Of a stretch of DNA of 64,000 nt, positions 26,923-37,898 are shown piece after piece. How positions within the stretch are numbered: position 1 is the stretch's first letter; every line of letters starts with the position of its first letter. The position numbers and the translations under genes were made by a program. The stretch comes from an uncultured Spirochaetota bacterium (GTDB lineage: Bacteria; Spirochaetota; Spirochaetia; SZUA-6; Fen-1364), in the NCBI GenBank assembly GCA_963820525.1, contig CAWGAA010000002.1, positions 544,001 to 608,000 of the forward strand, given 5' to 3'. The notes below the pieces were generated by a model. The model saw only the letters and a list, made by a program, of their open reading frames with translations, ran no database searches and was not told the DNA's origin.

Positions 26923-27933
26923 CTAGCAGATTCGCGGCAGGAGCAGACCGCGGGGGAAATCCAGGACCCTTCTCCCGCCGATCCGCGTCGTGAGGGTCAC
27001 CGTCCCGGGAAACGCTCCCGTCACATCACCCACACAACATGCGCCGGCGCCCAGCGGGTGTGCGCGGAGGATCGTGAGGGCGGAATCGAGAGTCGAAGCC
27101 GAAACCACCGCCACCATGACCCCCTCGTTGGCTATCTCCAGGGGGCTCAAGCCGAGGATGTCCGCCGCGGCGGTGACGTCCTCGGACACGGGGAAGGCGT
27201 TCTCTTCCGCTTCTATTCCCCACGCGGCGTTGCCGGCCATTTCGTTGAGTATCGCGGCAACCCCGCCCCGGGTTGCGTCGCGCATGAAGCGCAGGTCCTC
27301 GCCCAGAGCGAAGAGCCCCTGGCACAGCGGAAAGAGCGGCGCCGCGTCCGAGCGGAGGGTCGGCCCCACCGGGAGAGATTCCCTGGCGGCTAGGATTGCG
27401 AGGCCATGGCTGCCCAGGGGGCCGGAAACGATCACGCGGTCGCCCACACGTATGCGAGCGGGCGAGATGGGGTGGGGGAAGACCCGCCTGCCGATCCCCG
27501 TGGTCGTGAGGAAGATGCCTCCGCCCTTTCCGCGGGGGACCACCTTGGTGTCGCCGGTCACGACGCGCACCCCCACCTCGGCCGATGCCGTGGCCACGGA
27601 CTCGACGATGCGCCTCATGTCGTCGAGGGGGAATCCTTCTTCAACTATGATGCCCAGGGCGATGCAGAGCGGCCGCGCGCCCGACACCGATAGATCGTTG
27701 CACGTGCCATAGACGGCGAGCCTGCCGATGTCACCTCCGGGGAAGAAAGGCGGATCGACCACGTAGCCGTCCGTTGTCACCATGAGCTCGGATCCGGGCT
27801 CAACAGCGCTCGCATCGGCAAGCTCCGGGTACGCGTCGCTCTTGAACGAGGGGTAGATGACGCTCTCCACCAGCTCTCGCGAGAGGGCCCCGCCGCTTCC
27901 ATGCTCGATCCTCACCGGGCCGGACTTTTTCAT
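26923..27933 (-). CDS. hypE: [NiFe] hydrogenase maturation protein HypE
   Basis: HGSGG, TTDGYVV, FPGGDIG, GDTKVV, MRDATRGG, ANEG, C-terminal PRIC. Confidence 0.96.
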   Translation of the reverse strand: MKKSGPVRIEHGSGGALSRELVESVIYPSFKSDAYPELADASAVEPGSELMVTTDGYVVDPPFFPGGDIGRLAVYGTCNDLSVSGARPLCIALGIIVEEGFPLDDMRRIVESVATASAEVGVRVVTGDTKVVPRGKGGGIFLTTTGIGRRVFPHPISPARIRVGDRVIVSGPLGSHGLAILAARESLPVGPTLRSDAAPLFPLCQGLFALGEDLRFMRDATRGGVAAILNEMAGNAAWGIEAEENAFPVSEDVTAAADILGLSPLEIANEGVMVAVVSASTLDSALTILRAHPLGAGACCVGDVTGAFPGTVTLTTRIGGRRVLDFPRGLLLPRIC

Positions 27934-29117
27934 TTCTTTCCTCCGCTTTTCCCGCCCTCGCTCCGGGCCCGGCCTGCGAGCTCGGAGGCCTGTCGGGCGC
28001 CGCGCGCGGTCCCGCCGACGGCCGGCGCGCGGGACACGTATCTCAGGTAGGCCGCGCAGGTCCCCTCGGAGGAGACCATGCAGGGGCCGATGGGATCGTC
28101 GGGAGTGCATGCCGCGGCAAACAGGGAGCAGTCGGTTGGAAGGGCTTCTCCCGTTATGACCTTTCGGCAGAGACAGCGGGGGTTGTCGTGCTCCCGAACC
28201 TCGGGAAGCGGGAAGCGCTTCTCGGCGTCGAGAGATGAAAGCTCCGCCTTCAAGCCGAGCCCGCTCGCCGGGATCACCCCGAGTCCCCGCCACAGGGCGT
28301 CCCGCGGCTCGAGCATCTCCTCCATCATGCGAAGGGCTTTCGGGTTTCCGCCGGGCTTCACGGCGCGCGGGTAGGCGTTCTCTACCTTGTTCTCCCCGCG
28401 GGCGATCTGGCGCAGCAGCATGAGAACTCCCAGGAGCATGTCGAGGCCCTCGAAGCCCGTTATCACTCCGGGAAGACCGCCTTTCTTTTCTAGAAAGGCG
28501 TACGGCTCCGGCCCCAGGATCACCGACACGTGCCCGGGAAGGAGAAAGCCATCCACCCGCCGGGCGGGGTCTGCGGCGAGGATGCGAAGAGCGGGCGGGA
28601 TGACCTTGAAGGCGGAGTAGAGGAAGAGGTTTGCGATCCGCTGCTCGAAGGCGCGGCGGAAAACCGCGATAACCGCCGGTATCGTGGTCTCGAACCCGAT
28701 CCCCAGGAAAACGACCGGTTTCTTCTCTCCCGCTGCCAGGGACAAAAGCTCCAGGGGCGAGTACACGAGCCTGACGCCCCCCGTGCCGGAGAACGAGACA
28801 AGAGCCTCTCCGTTGGATCCCGGCACCCGCAGCATGTCCCCGAAACTCGCGATGACAACCTCTCCGCTACCGGCTAGGGAAATGGCGTTGTCGATATACC
28901 CGCTGGGTGTGACGCACACGGGACATCCGGGACCGGAAACGAGGGTAATCTTGGCGGGCAGAAGGGAGTGCACCCCCTGCTTTCGAAGCTCCACCGTATG
29001 CGTTCCGCAGACCTCCATCAGCTTGACGGGACGGCCGATCTCCTTGACCACTTTCTCTATTTCGGCGACGAGCGAGCCCGCGAGCCTCTTCTCTTCGGTC
29101 AAGGCCTTGTCGTTCAT
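27930..29117 (-). CDS. hypD: [NiFe] hydrogenase maturation protein HypD
   Basis: MEVCGTHT, GPGCPVC, GFETT, PGHVS, GPCMVSSEGTCAA. Confidence 0.96.
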   Translation of the reverse strand: MNDKALTEEKRLAGSLVAEIEKVVKEIGRPVKLMEVCGTHTVELRKQGVHSLLPAKITLVSGPGCPVCVTPSGYIDNAISLAGSGEVVIASFGDMLRVPGSNGEALVSFSGTGGVRLVYSPLELLSLAAGEKKPVVFLGIGFETTIPAVIAVFRRAFEQRIANLFLYSAFKVIPPALRILAADPARRVDGFLLPGHVSVILGPEPYAFLEKKGGLPGVITGFEGLDMLLGVLMLLRQIARGENKVENAYPRAVKPGGNPKALRMMEEMLEPRDALWRGLGVIPASGLGLKAELSSLDAEKRFPLPEVREHDNPRCLCRKVITGEALPTDCSLFAAACTPDDPIGPCMVSSEGTCAAYLRYVSRAPAVGGTARGARQASELAGRARSEGGKSGGKK

Positions 29118-29350
29118 CCCGCCTCGCCCCGCATGAGCTCGCCCATCTTTCGGAAGAGCTCGAGGCGCTCCTCGGCTTCCTGCAAGGAGAGGATCTCGAT
29201 CGCAAAACCGGCGTGGACTATCACATGGTCGCCGGGATTCGGCTGCTCGAGAAGTGAAACGTCGATCTCGAGCTCGCCGCTGCCCTGGGCGACAATGGCC
29301 TTGCCGCCTCCAAGCAGGCGGAGGATTTTCACGGGAACCGCAAGACACAT
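29114..29350 (-). CDS. hypC: [NiFe] hydrogenase chaperone HypC
   Basis: MCLAVP, GDHVIVHAGFAI. Confidence 0.96.
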   Translation of the reverse strand: MCLAVPVKILRLLGGGKAIVAQGSGELEIDVSLLEQPNPGDHVIVHAGFAIEILSLQEAEERLELFRKMGELMRGEAG

Positions 29351-29361
29351 GAGAGCACCTC

Positions 29362-31692
29362 TTACTGGGGGATGAAATATACCTGGCCGAGGGAGAGCCC
29401 CCCATCCCCGGGCGGAACTCTTTCATTGAGGTAAACCTCAAACCCGTCCTGTTTCAAGAGGGGAACCAGGAGCTCCCGAAGGAGAAGGTTCTGGAACACC
29501 CCTCCGCTCAGCGCGATGCGGCCCATTCCCGTGCTCTCCCTCATGCGGCGGGCCCCTTCGAAGGCCGCCTGGCTGATTGCCTGGTGGAAGAGCAAGGCAA
29601 GCTCGCCGACGGAACTGTCAGCGGGCCGGTGAAGCAGGTATGCGATGAGGGGTGCGGGGTCGATCGTGAAGATCCGTTCCTCCTCCACAGGCGCCTCGAA
29701 CGGGAGAAGCTCCGTAGCCCGTTCCGCAGAAAGGCCCCGCCTCCCCTGGAAGAGCGCTTGCAGCCCCACACCTTCCAGCCGTATCGGTCCTTCCCCCTCA
29801 TAGCTTGTCGTCACCACCAGCCCAAGCGCGGCTGCCGCGGCGTCGAATATTCTTCCCAGGGAAGAGGTGGGAGGCGAATTGAGCCGCTTTTCAAGCATTA
29901 CGCGAACGAGCGCCTCGTCCCTGGCGGGCAGTCCGGGGATGGGGCCGGCGGCCAGGCTCGAACCGCCCGGGCGAGTCGGATCGGCCACGATCGCCAGCGC
30001 GATGCGCGGCGGGTTCAATACGGCGGCATCTCCACCGGGAAGAGGGAAGGGGCGGAAGCTTCCCAACCGCCGGAAGCCCCTGCGGGTGGCGTGGAGGAAC
30101 TCCCCGCCCCATATCGAGCCGTCGGTGCCGTATCCCGTCCCGTCGAACGAAAGCCCGATGACCTCCTCCAGACCGTGCTCCGCCATGACGGAAAGCATGT
30201 GGGCAAAGTGGTGCTGGATGGCGACGCGCCTCGGAAAATCGGCGCGCTCTGCCCACTGGGTTCCGCGGTACTGCGGATGAAGATCGTGCACGACAAGATC
30301 CACCTGCGCGTTGTAGAGGTCCAGGAGGCCGCGGATCTGCGCCTCGAACTGGGTCATCGTCTCGCGGTCGTCCAGGTCCCCGATGAAAGGGCAGAGGTGC
30401 ACGTCCGTGCCGCGTGCCAGAGCCGGGGCGTTCTTCAGGTCGCCGCCGATTCCCAGAATCGTCCCCCTGACCGGCTCCCTCAGTGTGATCAGGCGTGGCA
30501 CATAACCTCGAGAGCGGCGCATGAGAAACGATGGAGTCGAGCCTCCCCGCCTCGCGATTGAATCGTCAGAACGGAAAAGAATCCTCCTGTCGTGCATGAG
30601 AAACAGGTCCGCAGTGTCGGAGAGCCTGGCCAGCGCCTCCTCGGGGCTCGTGACAATGGGCTCGCCTGCCCGGTTTCCCGACGTCATCACGAGGTGTCCG
30701 CTGTGCAGGAGGGCTTCCGGGTGGCGAAAGATCAGGAGGTGGAGTGGAGAGTATGCAAGCATGACGCCCAGGGTGTCGGTTTCTGATACGCGGCGCAGAT
30801 GCTCGGGGGAGCCGGGCTTTCGGGGGGCAATGATGATGGGACTTTCGACGGAGCGGAGCATCCTCTCTTCCTCCTCGGACAAGAGGCATAGGCTCCTTGC
30901 TTCCTCGAGACCGCTTGCCATGAGGGCGAAGGGCTTCCGCTCCCTCTCTTTGGCCTTTCGCAGGCGATCCATCGCGCGGTCGCTCGACGGATCCGCGGCG
31001 AGGTGAAAGCCGCCGATCCCCTGCAGGGCAATGATGGCACCTTCATTGAGGGCGGCGATTGCCCGCTTCACCGGATCGCCTTCGATCGGGATGCCGCGGC
31101 CGTCTGTCACGCGAAGACGGGGTCCGCAGACTGGACAGGAATTGGTCTGGGAGTGGAAACGCCTGTCCGAAGGGTCCCCATACTCCCTCAGGCATTCGGG
31201 GCACTGCGCGAAGTCGCGCATCGACGTGGTCTCGCGGTCGAAGGGAGTACTCTCTACGATGGAATAGCGCGGCCCGCATTGGGTGCAGGTAATGAAGGGG
31301 TAGAGGTAGCGGCGGTCCGCGGGGTCCAGAAGCTCGCGGGCGCAGTCCGGACAGATGGCAAGGTCTGGAGGGATGGGCGGAAAGCTGTAATCGGACGGCG
31401 CGCTGTGCTCGATGCGGAAGGCTCGGCCGGAGGCGCTTCCTTCAAGCGGCTTGATGTCGAGGGCTTCCACCGAGGCGACATGGGCGACGGAGGGGAGGCT
31501 TCGGTTGAGGAGCTCTGCAAAGCGCCCCACCGATCCGTCTTCACCCTCGACCTCCACGATGACCTCTGACCTTCGATTCTGCACGAATCCGGCCAGGGAA
31601 AGCGATGTGGCCACCCGGTAGACGGTCGGCCTGAACCCCACCCCCTGAACCGTGCCGCGAAAGATGAAGCGCCGTCTTGAAACCCTTTTCAC
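29362..31692 (-). CDS. hypF: Carbamoyltransferase HypF
   Basis: VQGVGFRP acylphosphatase domain, two CxxC zinc fingers, GIGGFHL, TSGN, QHHFAH, DGTGYG, GDGGLSLGQ. GTG start estimated at 31692. Confidence 0.95.
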   Translation of the reverse strand: MKRVSRRRFIFRGTVQGVGFRPTVYRVATSLSLAGFVQNRRSEVIVEVEGEDGSVGRFAELLNRSLPSVAHVASVEALDIKPLEGSASGRAFRIEHSAPSDYSFPPIPPDLAICPDCARELLDPADRRYLYPFITCTQCGPRYSIVESTPFDRETTSMRDFAQCPECLREYGDPSDRRFHSQTNSCPVCGPRLRVTDGRGIPIEGDPVKRAIAALNEGAIIALQGIGGFHLAADPSSDRAMDRLRKAKERERKPFALMASGLEEARSLCLLSEEEERMLRSVESPIIIAPRKPGSPEHLRRVSETDTLGVMLAYSPLHLLIFRHPEALLHSGHLVMTSGNRAGEPIVTSPEEALARLSDTADLFLMHDRRILFRSDDSIARRGGSTPSFLMRRSRGYVPRLITLREPVRGTILGIGGDLKNAPALARGTDVHLCPFIGDLDDRETMTQFEAQIRGLLDLYNAQVDLVVHDLHPQYRGTQWAERADFPRRVAIQHHFAHMLSVMAEHGLEEVIGLSFDGTGYGTDGSIWGGEFLHATRRGFRRLGSFRPFPLPGGDAAVLNPPRIALAIVADPTRPGGSSLAAGPIPGLPARDEALVRVMLEKRLNSPPTSSLGRIFDAAAAALGLVVTTSYEGEGPIRLEGVGLQALFQGRRGLSAERATELLPFEAPVEEERIFTIDPAPLIAYLLHRPADSSVGELALLFHQAISQAAFEGARRMRESTGMGRIALSGGVFQNLLLRELLVPLLKQDGFEVYLNERVPPGDGGLSLGQVYFIPQ

Positions 31693-31760
31693 AACCCCTC
31701 GCCAGCCAATGCTACTATGCCGCCCGCCGCATTGACCACCCCCGTTGGGGCGTGTACCCT

Positions 31761-31809
31761 GGCCACGGATGGCTGAGGTCGGCTGAGGCAGGGATGCCGG
31801 CAGGCCGAC
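31761..31809 (+). repeat. Two ANGGAT-loop hairpins in the upp leader
   Basis: GCC-ACGGAT-GGC (31762-31773); GGC-AGGGAT-GCC (31787-31798) nested in GTCGGCT/GGCCGAC. Confidence 0.7.
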
Positions 31810-31825
31810 TTTTCGGGAGGAGCGC

Positions 31826-32893
31826 ATGGCGAACATCGTTTTAAAGGCCCACGACCTCGACGGTTTCTTGAGCCCTTCCGACAAGCGGATCATCGAAGAG
31901 GTCAACGCGCGCTTCACTCACGCCCTGGAGTATTTCCGCCTGCTGTCGGATCCCGAGAAGATCGCGAGCCACGACGGCGCGACGAGCGAGCTCATCACCC
32001 TGTACAACGAGCTGGGCCGCATGATGAAGGAGATCATCGCGGGGGAGCCGAAGTTGAACGTGTATTCATTCGGCACCCCCAAGCAGGTCCATGGGGAGGT
32101 CTCGCGGCTCATCTCCAAGCTCCGCGACGTGCGCACCGAGCGCCCCGAGTTTCTCTACTACACCCAGAGGGCGTACGAGCTTCTCTTCAACTTCGCCTTC
32201 TCCGGCACCGTCAACGAGAAGAAGAACTTCATCGTCGTGCGGACCCCCGTGACTATTCCCTCCCAGAACTTCGCGGTGCACAAGATCCCCGACGTGGACG
32301 AGCAGATCGAGAACAGCGTCATGTGCGTGATGCTCCGGGGGGCCCTGCTCCCCTCGATGATCATGTCCAAGGAGATCCAGGAGTACTCGTCCCATGGGTA
32401 CGTGACGCCGTTCGCCCTGTTCAAGATCTCCCGCGATGATACGAAGGAAGAGCGTGACATGGAGTATCTGCTCAACCTCGAGCTGTCCTATTTCGACCTG
32501 GCCCAGCTCGACGGCCGGGACCTGTTTTTCGCGGACCCCATGAACGCAACAGGGGGAAGCCTCGTTACCGTGGTGAAGTACCTCCTCGGTCAGGGCGTGA
32601 AGCCCCGGTCGATCAAGTTTTTCAATTCCATCTCCGCGCTCAAGGGGGCGCTGCGAATTGTTCGTGCCCTGGAGAACGTTGAAATCTACACCCTGTGGAT
32701 GGACCCCGTGCTCAACTCGAAGGCCTATATCCTCCCGGGGCTCGGGGATGCCGGCGACAGGATCAATGGGGAGGATGACCGCGACAAACCGCGGAACATC
32801 ATCCAGCTCGTTGCCGACTACGGCTCCCACGTGGCAGGGCTCTACAGGGACCAGCTGAGGAAGATCGAGCAGACCGTGCTGGGCGGCGGCTAG
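31826..32893 (+). CDS. upp: Uracil phosphoribosyltransferase (long form)
   Basis: MLRGAL, DPMNATGGS, YILPGLGDAGDR. N-terminal extension relative to E. coli-type Upp. Confidence 0.88.
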   Translation: MANIVLKAHDLDGFLSPSDKRIIEEVNARFTHALEYFRLLSDPEKIASHDGATSELITLYNELGRMMKEIIAGEPKLNVYSFGTPKQVHGEVSRLISKLRDVRTERPEFLYYTQRAYELLFNFAFSGTVNEKKNFIVVRTPVTIPSQNFAVHKIPDVDEQIENSVMCVMLRGALLPSMIMSKEIQEYSSHGYVTPFALFKISRDDTKEERDMEYLLNLELSYFDLAQLDGRDLFFADPMNATGGSLVTVVKYLLGQGVKPRSIKFFNSISALKGALRIVRALENVEIYTLWMDPVLNSKAYILPGLGDAGDRINGEDDRDKPRNIIQLVADYGSHVAGLYRDQLRKIEQTVLGGG

Positions 32894-32958
32894 CGGGCCG
32901 TCCATGGCCCCGCCGCCCTCGGACGTCCATGTCCAGGGGCGGCTAGCGGGCCGTCCAT
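32885..32958. repeat. 21-bp direct repeat enclosing ATGGAC-loop hairpins
   Basis: GGCGGCTAGCGGGCCGTCCAT at 32885-32905 and 32938-32958. Confidence 0.85.
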
Positions 32959-32970
32959 CCAACCTCGCTC

Positions 32971-34608
<1,638 letters not shown>

Positions 34609-34702
34609 TCATCGCTCTATTTTTTCATTTTGGGTTTGCATTGAAAGCCCATGTGGTATAAGGTAGCATTAAGGCGATTTTGTTATAGAAAGGAGAGTAC
34701 GG

Positions 34703-35353
34703 ATGAAAAAATCGATTCCGTGGGCGATCGTCGTTGTGGCGGTCGTCGCCCTCATGGCCTCATGCGCTTCGGCCCCCCCTCAGAAGCCGGCCGTCGCTGC
34801 ACCTGAAGCCGAGCTGGCAAAAGCCAAGGATCTCCAGAAGGAAGTGGATACGTACAGCCTCGGCGACTATGCGCCCGACGAATACGCAGCAGCGGTGAAT
34901 GACCTGAAGGCCGGCGAGGATGCGTACGGCAAGGACAACGCGGCCTCCAAGCAATCGCTGGACAAGGCGATCGCCGGATTCAACACCGTGATCGACAAGG
35001 CGGGTCCGATGTACCTGTCGAAGCTTCGCGATGGGACGGCGGCTTCCAAGAAGGCGGCTGATGATCTGAAGTCATCGGTGGCAGTGAAAGACGACTACGC
35101 GAAAGCCCAGGGAGTCTACGACCGCGCCCTGAAAGAGGATTCGGCGAAGGACATGGCGAACGCCAGCAAGGACTACGCCCAGGCGCGGGATATGTTCAAT
35201 GCCGTGACCGAAAAGGCTCGCGCCAAGCGGGACAAGGCCGAGCAGGCCATCAAAGAAACCGATCAGAGCCAGGCCGCATCGGAGGAGAAGGCAACGGATG
35301 CCGACAAAGCACTCGAGCAAGAGGGTTTCTCCCCAGCGGGCAGTGGTCAATAA
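34703..35353 (+). CDS. Alanine/lysine-rich helical lipoprotein
   Basis: Lipobox LMASC, repeated helical segments, AAGGAG SD. Confidence 0.8.
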   Translation: MKKSIPWAIVVVAVVALMASCASAPPQKPAVAAPEAELAKAKDLQKEVDTYSLGDYAPDEYAAAVNDLKAGEDAYGKDNAASKQSLDKAIAGFNTVIDKAGPMYLSKLRDGTAASKKAADDLKSSVAVKDDYAKAQGVYDRALKEDSAKDMANASKDYAQARDMFNAVTEKARAKRDKAEQAIKETDQSQAASEEKATDADKALEQEGFSPAGSGQ

Positions 35354-35365
35354 GGAGGCCGACTT

Positions 35366-36073
35366 ATGAGCAGATTCACGACGATACTCGCGATTGTCGC
35401 AATTATCCTCGGTTCGGCCGCGGCCGCCCTTTCAGCACAATCGCTTCTGAACAATGAGTTCTACAGGAAAGCACAGGACCTCAAAGCACAGTCGGCGCAG
35501 GCCTTCCAGAACGGGGATTACGACCAGGCAGCAGCTCTGGCCGATCAGGCCAAGGAATACTTCGCGAAATCGGACGAATATGTTGCCACGATGACCGCCC
35601 TCTATACCGCCAGGGGGTGGCTCTTCAGGGCAAACGAACGGATCGCCTATGCGAAGTCCATCAAGGCGGACGTAAACTACAGGGATGCATACAACCAGGC
35701 GGTGAGCGACGCCGGCGGCGCCAAGGACGCCCTCGATGCGAAAGAATACGACAGGAGCACGGAGCTTTCGAAGAGCGCGCTCGCCGTGCTGGAGAATATC
35801 GCTCCGGCAAGTGCACAGGTCCTGCCCCGCCAATATATCGTGCGGCTCATCCCGTCACGGAGAGACTGCTTCTGGCGCATCGCGGAATACCCGTTCGTCT
35901 ACAACAATCCCTGGATGTGGAGAAAGCTCTACGAGGCGAATAAATCCATCCTGACCAACCCCGACAATCCCGATCTTATCGAACCGGGGCAGGTCTTCAC
36001 GATTCCCGACATTTCCAGCGAGCAGCGTGAGGGAATGTACGATCCCAAGAAAAGCTATTCGCCTTTAAAGTAG
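35366..36073 (+). CDS. Secreted protein with C-terminal LysM-like domain
   Basis: Signal peptide; YIVR...RDCFWRIA..YNNPWMWRKLYEAN...NPDLIEPGQVFTIP. Confidence 0.85.
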   Translation: MSRFTTILAIVAIILGSAAAALSAQSLLNNEFYRKAQDLKAQSAQAFQNGDYDQAAALADQAKEYFAKSDEYVATMTALYTARGWLFRANERIAYAKSIKADVNYRDAYNQAVSDAGGAKDALDAKEYDRSTELSKSALAVLENIAPASAQVLPRQYIVRLIPSRRDCFWRIAEYPFVYNNPWMWRKLYEANKSILTNPDNPDLIEPGQVFTIPDISSEQREGMYDPKKSYSPLK

Positions 36074-36087
36074 CGAGTGAAAGAGAG

Positions 36088-36117
36088 GCGGCCCCGACCA
36101 TGAGGGGCCGCTATTTT
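36088..36117 (+). terminator. Intrinsic terminator
   Basis: GCGGCCCC-N8-GGGGCCGC followed by TATTTT, between convergent genes. Confidence 0.7.
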
Positions 36118-36148
36118 GTCTCCTGGCAGCCACGTACCGACCCGCCAG

Positions 36149-36481
36149 CTATGGGCTCAGGACTTCCTCAAGCCAGGCGAGGTACGATTCTGCACCGTCA
36201 GTGATGGGAACGAAGGTGAGCTCGGGCACCTCGTACGGATGGATCTGGCGAAGGAGACTTTTCAAGCCGGGGAGCAAGGAGCGCCTCGTCTTTAATAAGA
36301 TGAGCCGCTCGGGTTCCGTCTGCATCTTTTCTTTCCACCAGTACATGCTGGTGATGGGAGGGCTCACCTGCGCGCACGCTGCGAGCTTCCGCGAAACGAT
36401 TTCATGCGCGATTCTCTCAGCTTCATCCACCGGTGTGCTCACGAAGGCCATGCCGAAGTCGGCCTTGTGCTTGTTGTTCAT
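36149..36481 (-). CDS. cutA: Divalent-cation tolerance protein CutA
   Basis: KLAACAQ, SMYWW, LKT, HPYEVPE, YLAWL. Confidence 0.95.
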   Translation of the reverse strand: MNNKHKADFGMAFVSTPVDEAERIAHEIVSRKLAACAQVSPPITSMYWWKEKMQTEPERLILLKTRRSLLPGLKSLLRQIHPYEVPELTFVPITDGAESYLAWLEEVLSP

Positions 36482-36643
36482 AGACCGCCTCCCTCACAGT
36501 GAGAAGCATCTCAACTGTGGAAATGCATGTCAACGCCCGATCCGATGATCAGTCGAATTGACTCTTCGGTTCGATGAAATAAACCTTCAAATACATCTTT
36601 TGGCTACTGACGTACCTCTGGGTTTACTGCGATTCTAACAGCC

Positions 36644-37171
36644 ATGAATATACTTCTCCTTTTTGACGGGGACTCAAAGACGGATCTGTCGGAATACATT
36701 CACGCAGGAATCGGCGCTCTTGCGCGTGAAAAAGGGCATACCGTTATAGCAATCGAGCTGAAAAGAAACGACGTACCGCCCTGCCTCGGCTGCTTTAGCT
36801 GCTTCACGAAACACCCGGGAGTGTGCGTTCATAATGAATCGTTTGCCGGCATCATCGAACAAGCCCCGCATTGCCCGTTCATCATTTTTCTGACCCCGGT
36901 GTTGTTCGGCGCCTTTTCTTCTGCGATGAAGAACGCATTAGACAGGGGCGGGCTCATCATCAAGAACCATAAGAGCTGCAGGCAGATCATCATCGGGTAT
37001 GGAGAAGACGCGAATGACGAGGAAAGAAGCACTTTCGTAGACACTACCGCCAGGCACAGGGGAAAGGCCGACATAGTCCACCCGATTTTCGGAGAGAGCT
37101 TTGAGGTATTTTTCACTGGGTCCCGGGAAGAGAGCGATAGAATCTGCGAAACCCTTGGACGTATGGCATGA
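36644..37171 (+). CDS. Flavodoxin / iron-sulfur flavoprotein-like protein
   Basis: PCLGCFSCFTKHPGVC motif; TPVLFGAFSSAMKNALDR. Confidence 0.8.
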   Translation: MNILLLFDGDSKTDLSEYIHAGIGALAREKGHTVIAIELKRNDVPPCLGCFSCFTKHPGVCVHNESFAGIIEQAPHCPFIIFLTPVLFGAFSSAMKNALDRGGLIIKNHKSCRQIIIGYGEDANDEERSTFVDTTARHRGKADIVHPIFGESFEVFFTGSREESDRICETLGRMA

Positions 37172-37184
37172 AACGGAGGTTAGA

Positions 37185-37838
37185 ATGAAGAGGGTCTGCC
37201 TTGTAAACGGCAGTTTGAGGGGAGAGAAATCGTCGAGCCGTGAATTCCTGAGCGATGTATTGACCAGGATGAATGCCGCCGAGTTCAGCACGGAAAAAAT
37301 TTCGGTCAAGGCCAAGTCACACGACGGCTATCCCGATGAAACCTTGAGCATCATGGCGTACGCCGACGCAGTGGTCATCGCATTCCCGCTTTTCACCTAC
37401 TCGCTTCCGGGAGGTCTTGCGAGGCTCCTCGAGGATTTCTATTCATATGCGACAAGAGGCGGTGGGCACAGCAAGAACGCGAAGGTTTTTGCCATTGTGA
37501 ATTGTGGATTTCCTGAGCCGGGAATATGCAACGAAGCCATCCGGGTGGTCAGAAACTTTTGCGCAAGACTTGGGCTGAGCTATCGATTCTCGGTGGCCAT
37601 TGGGTCGGGACCCGCGACCGTGATGACCAGGAAAATCCCGTTCCTGAACCTTGCCCTGAAAAGGGCTTTCTCGCGCATTGTGAAGGACATACGCGGCGCG
37701 GGTTCGGAAAAAATGGAAGATATGTTCATCAAGCCCATCATTCCCAAGGGCATAATACTCAAGATCAAGGAGCAGTATGAGAAGAAGATGCCGACTTTGC
37801 AGCCGAACCCGCTGGGAGCGGATGTGGGCCCATCCTGA
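37185..37838 (+). CDS. NAD(P)H-dependent flavodoxin-fold protein
   Basis: VNGSLRG, AFPLFTYSLPG, VNCGFPE. GGAGG SD before the ATG at 37185. Confidence 0.8.
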   Translation: MKRVCLVNGSLRGEKSSSREFLSDVLTRMNAAEFSTEKISVKAKSHDGYPDETLSIMAYADAVVIAFPLFTYSLPGGLARLLEDFYSYATRGGGHSKNAKVFAIVNCGFPEPGICNEAIRVVRNFCARLGLSYRFSVAIGSGPATVMTRKIPFLNLALKRAFSRIVKDIRGAGSEKMEDMFIKPIIPKGIILKIKEQYEKKMPTLQPNPLGADVGPS

Positions 37839-37898
37839 ATATCGCCGATCAGCGCTTCGATAGAGCATGCGAGCTTGTTTGCGCGCATGTGCGCCTGC

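Noticed and set aside
29362..31917. N-terminal extensions of hypF, hypD, hypE and gpgS in the ORF track
   Set aside because: They overlap neighbouring genes; homology-like sequence begins at the downstream starts reported.
36495..36519. Inverted repeat CACAGTGAGA...TCTCAACTGTG over the cutA promoter
   Set aside because: Single imperfect palindrome with no identifiable regulator; too weak to call.
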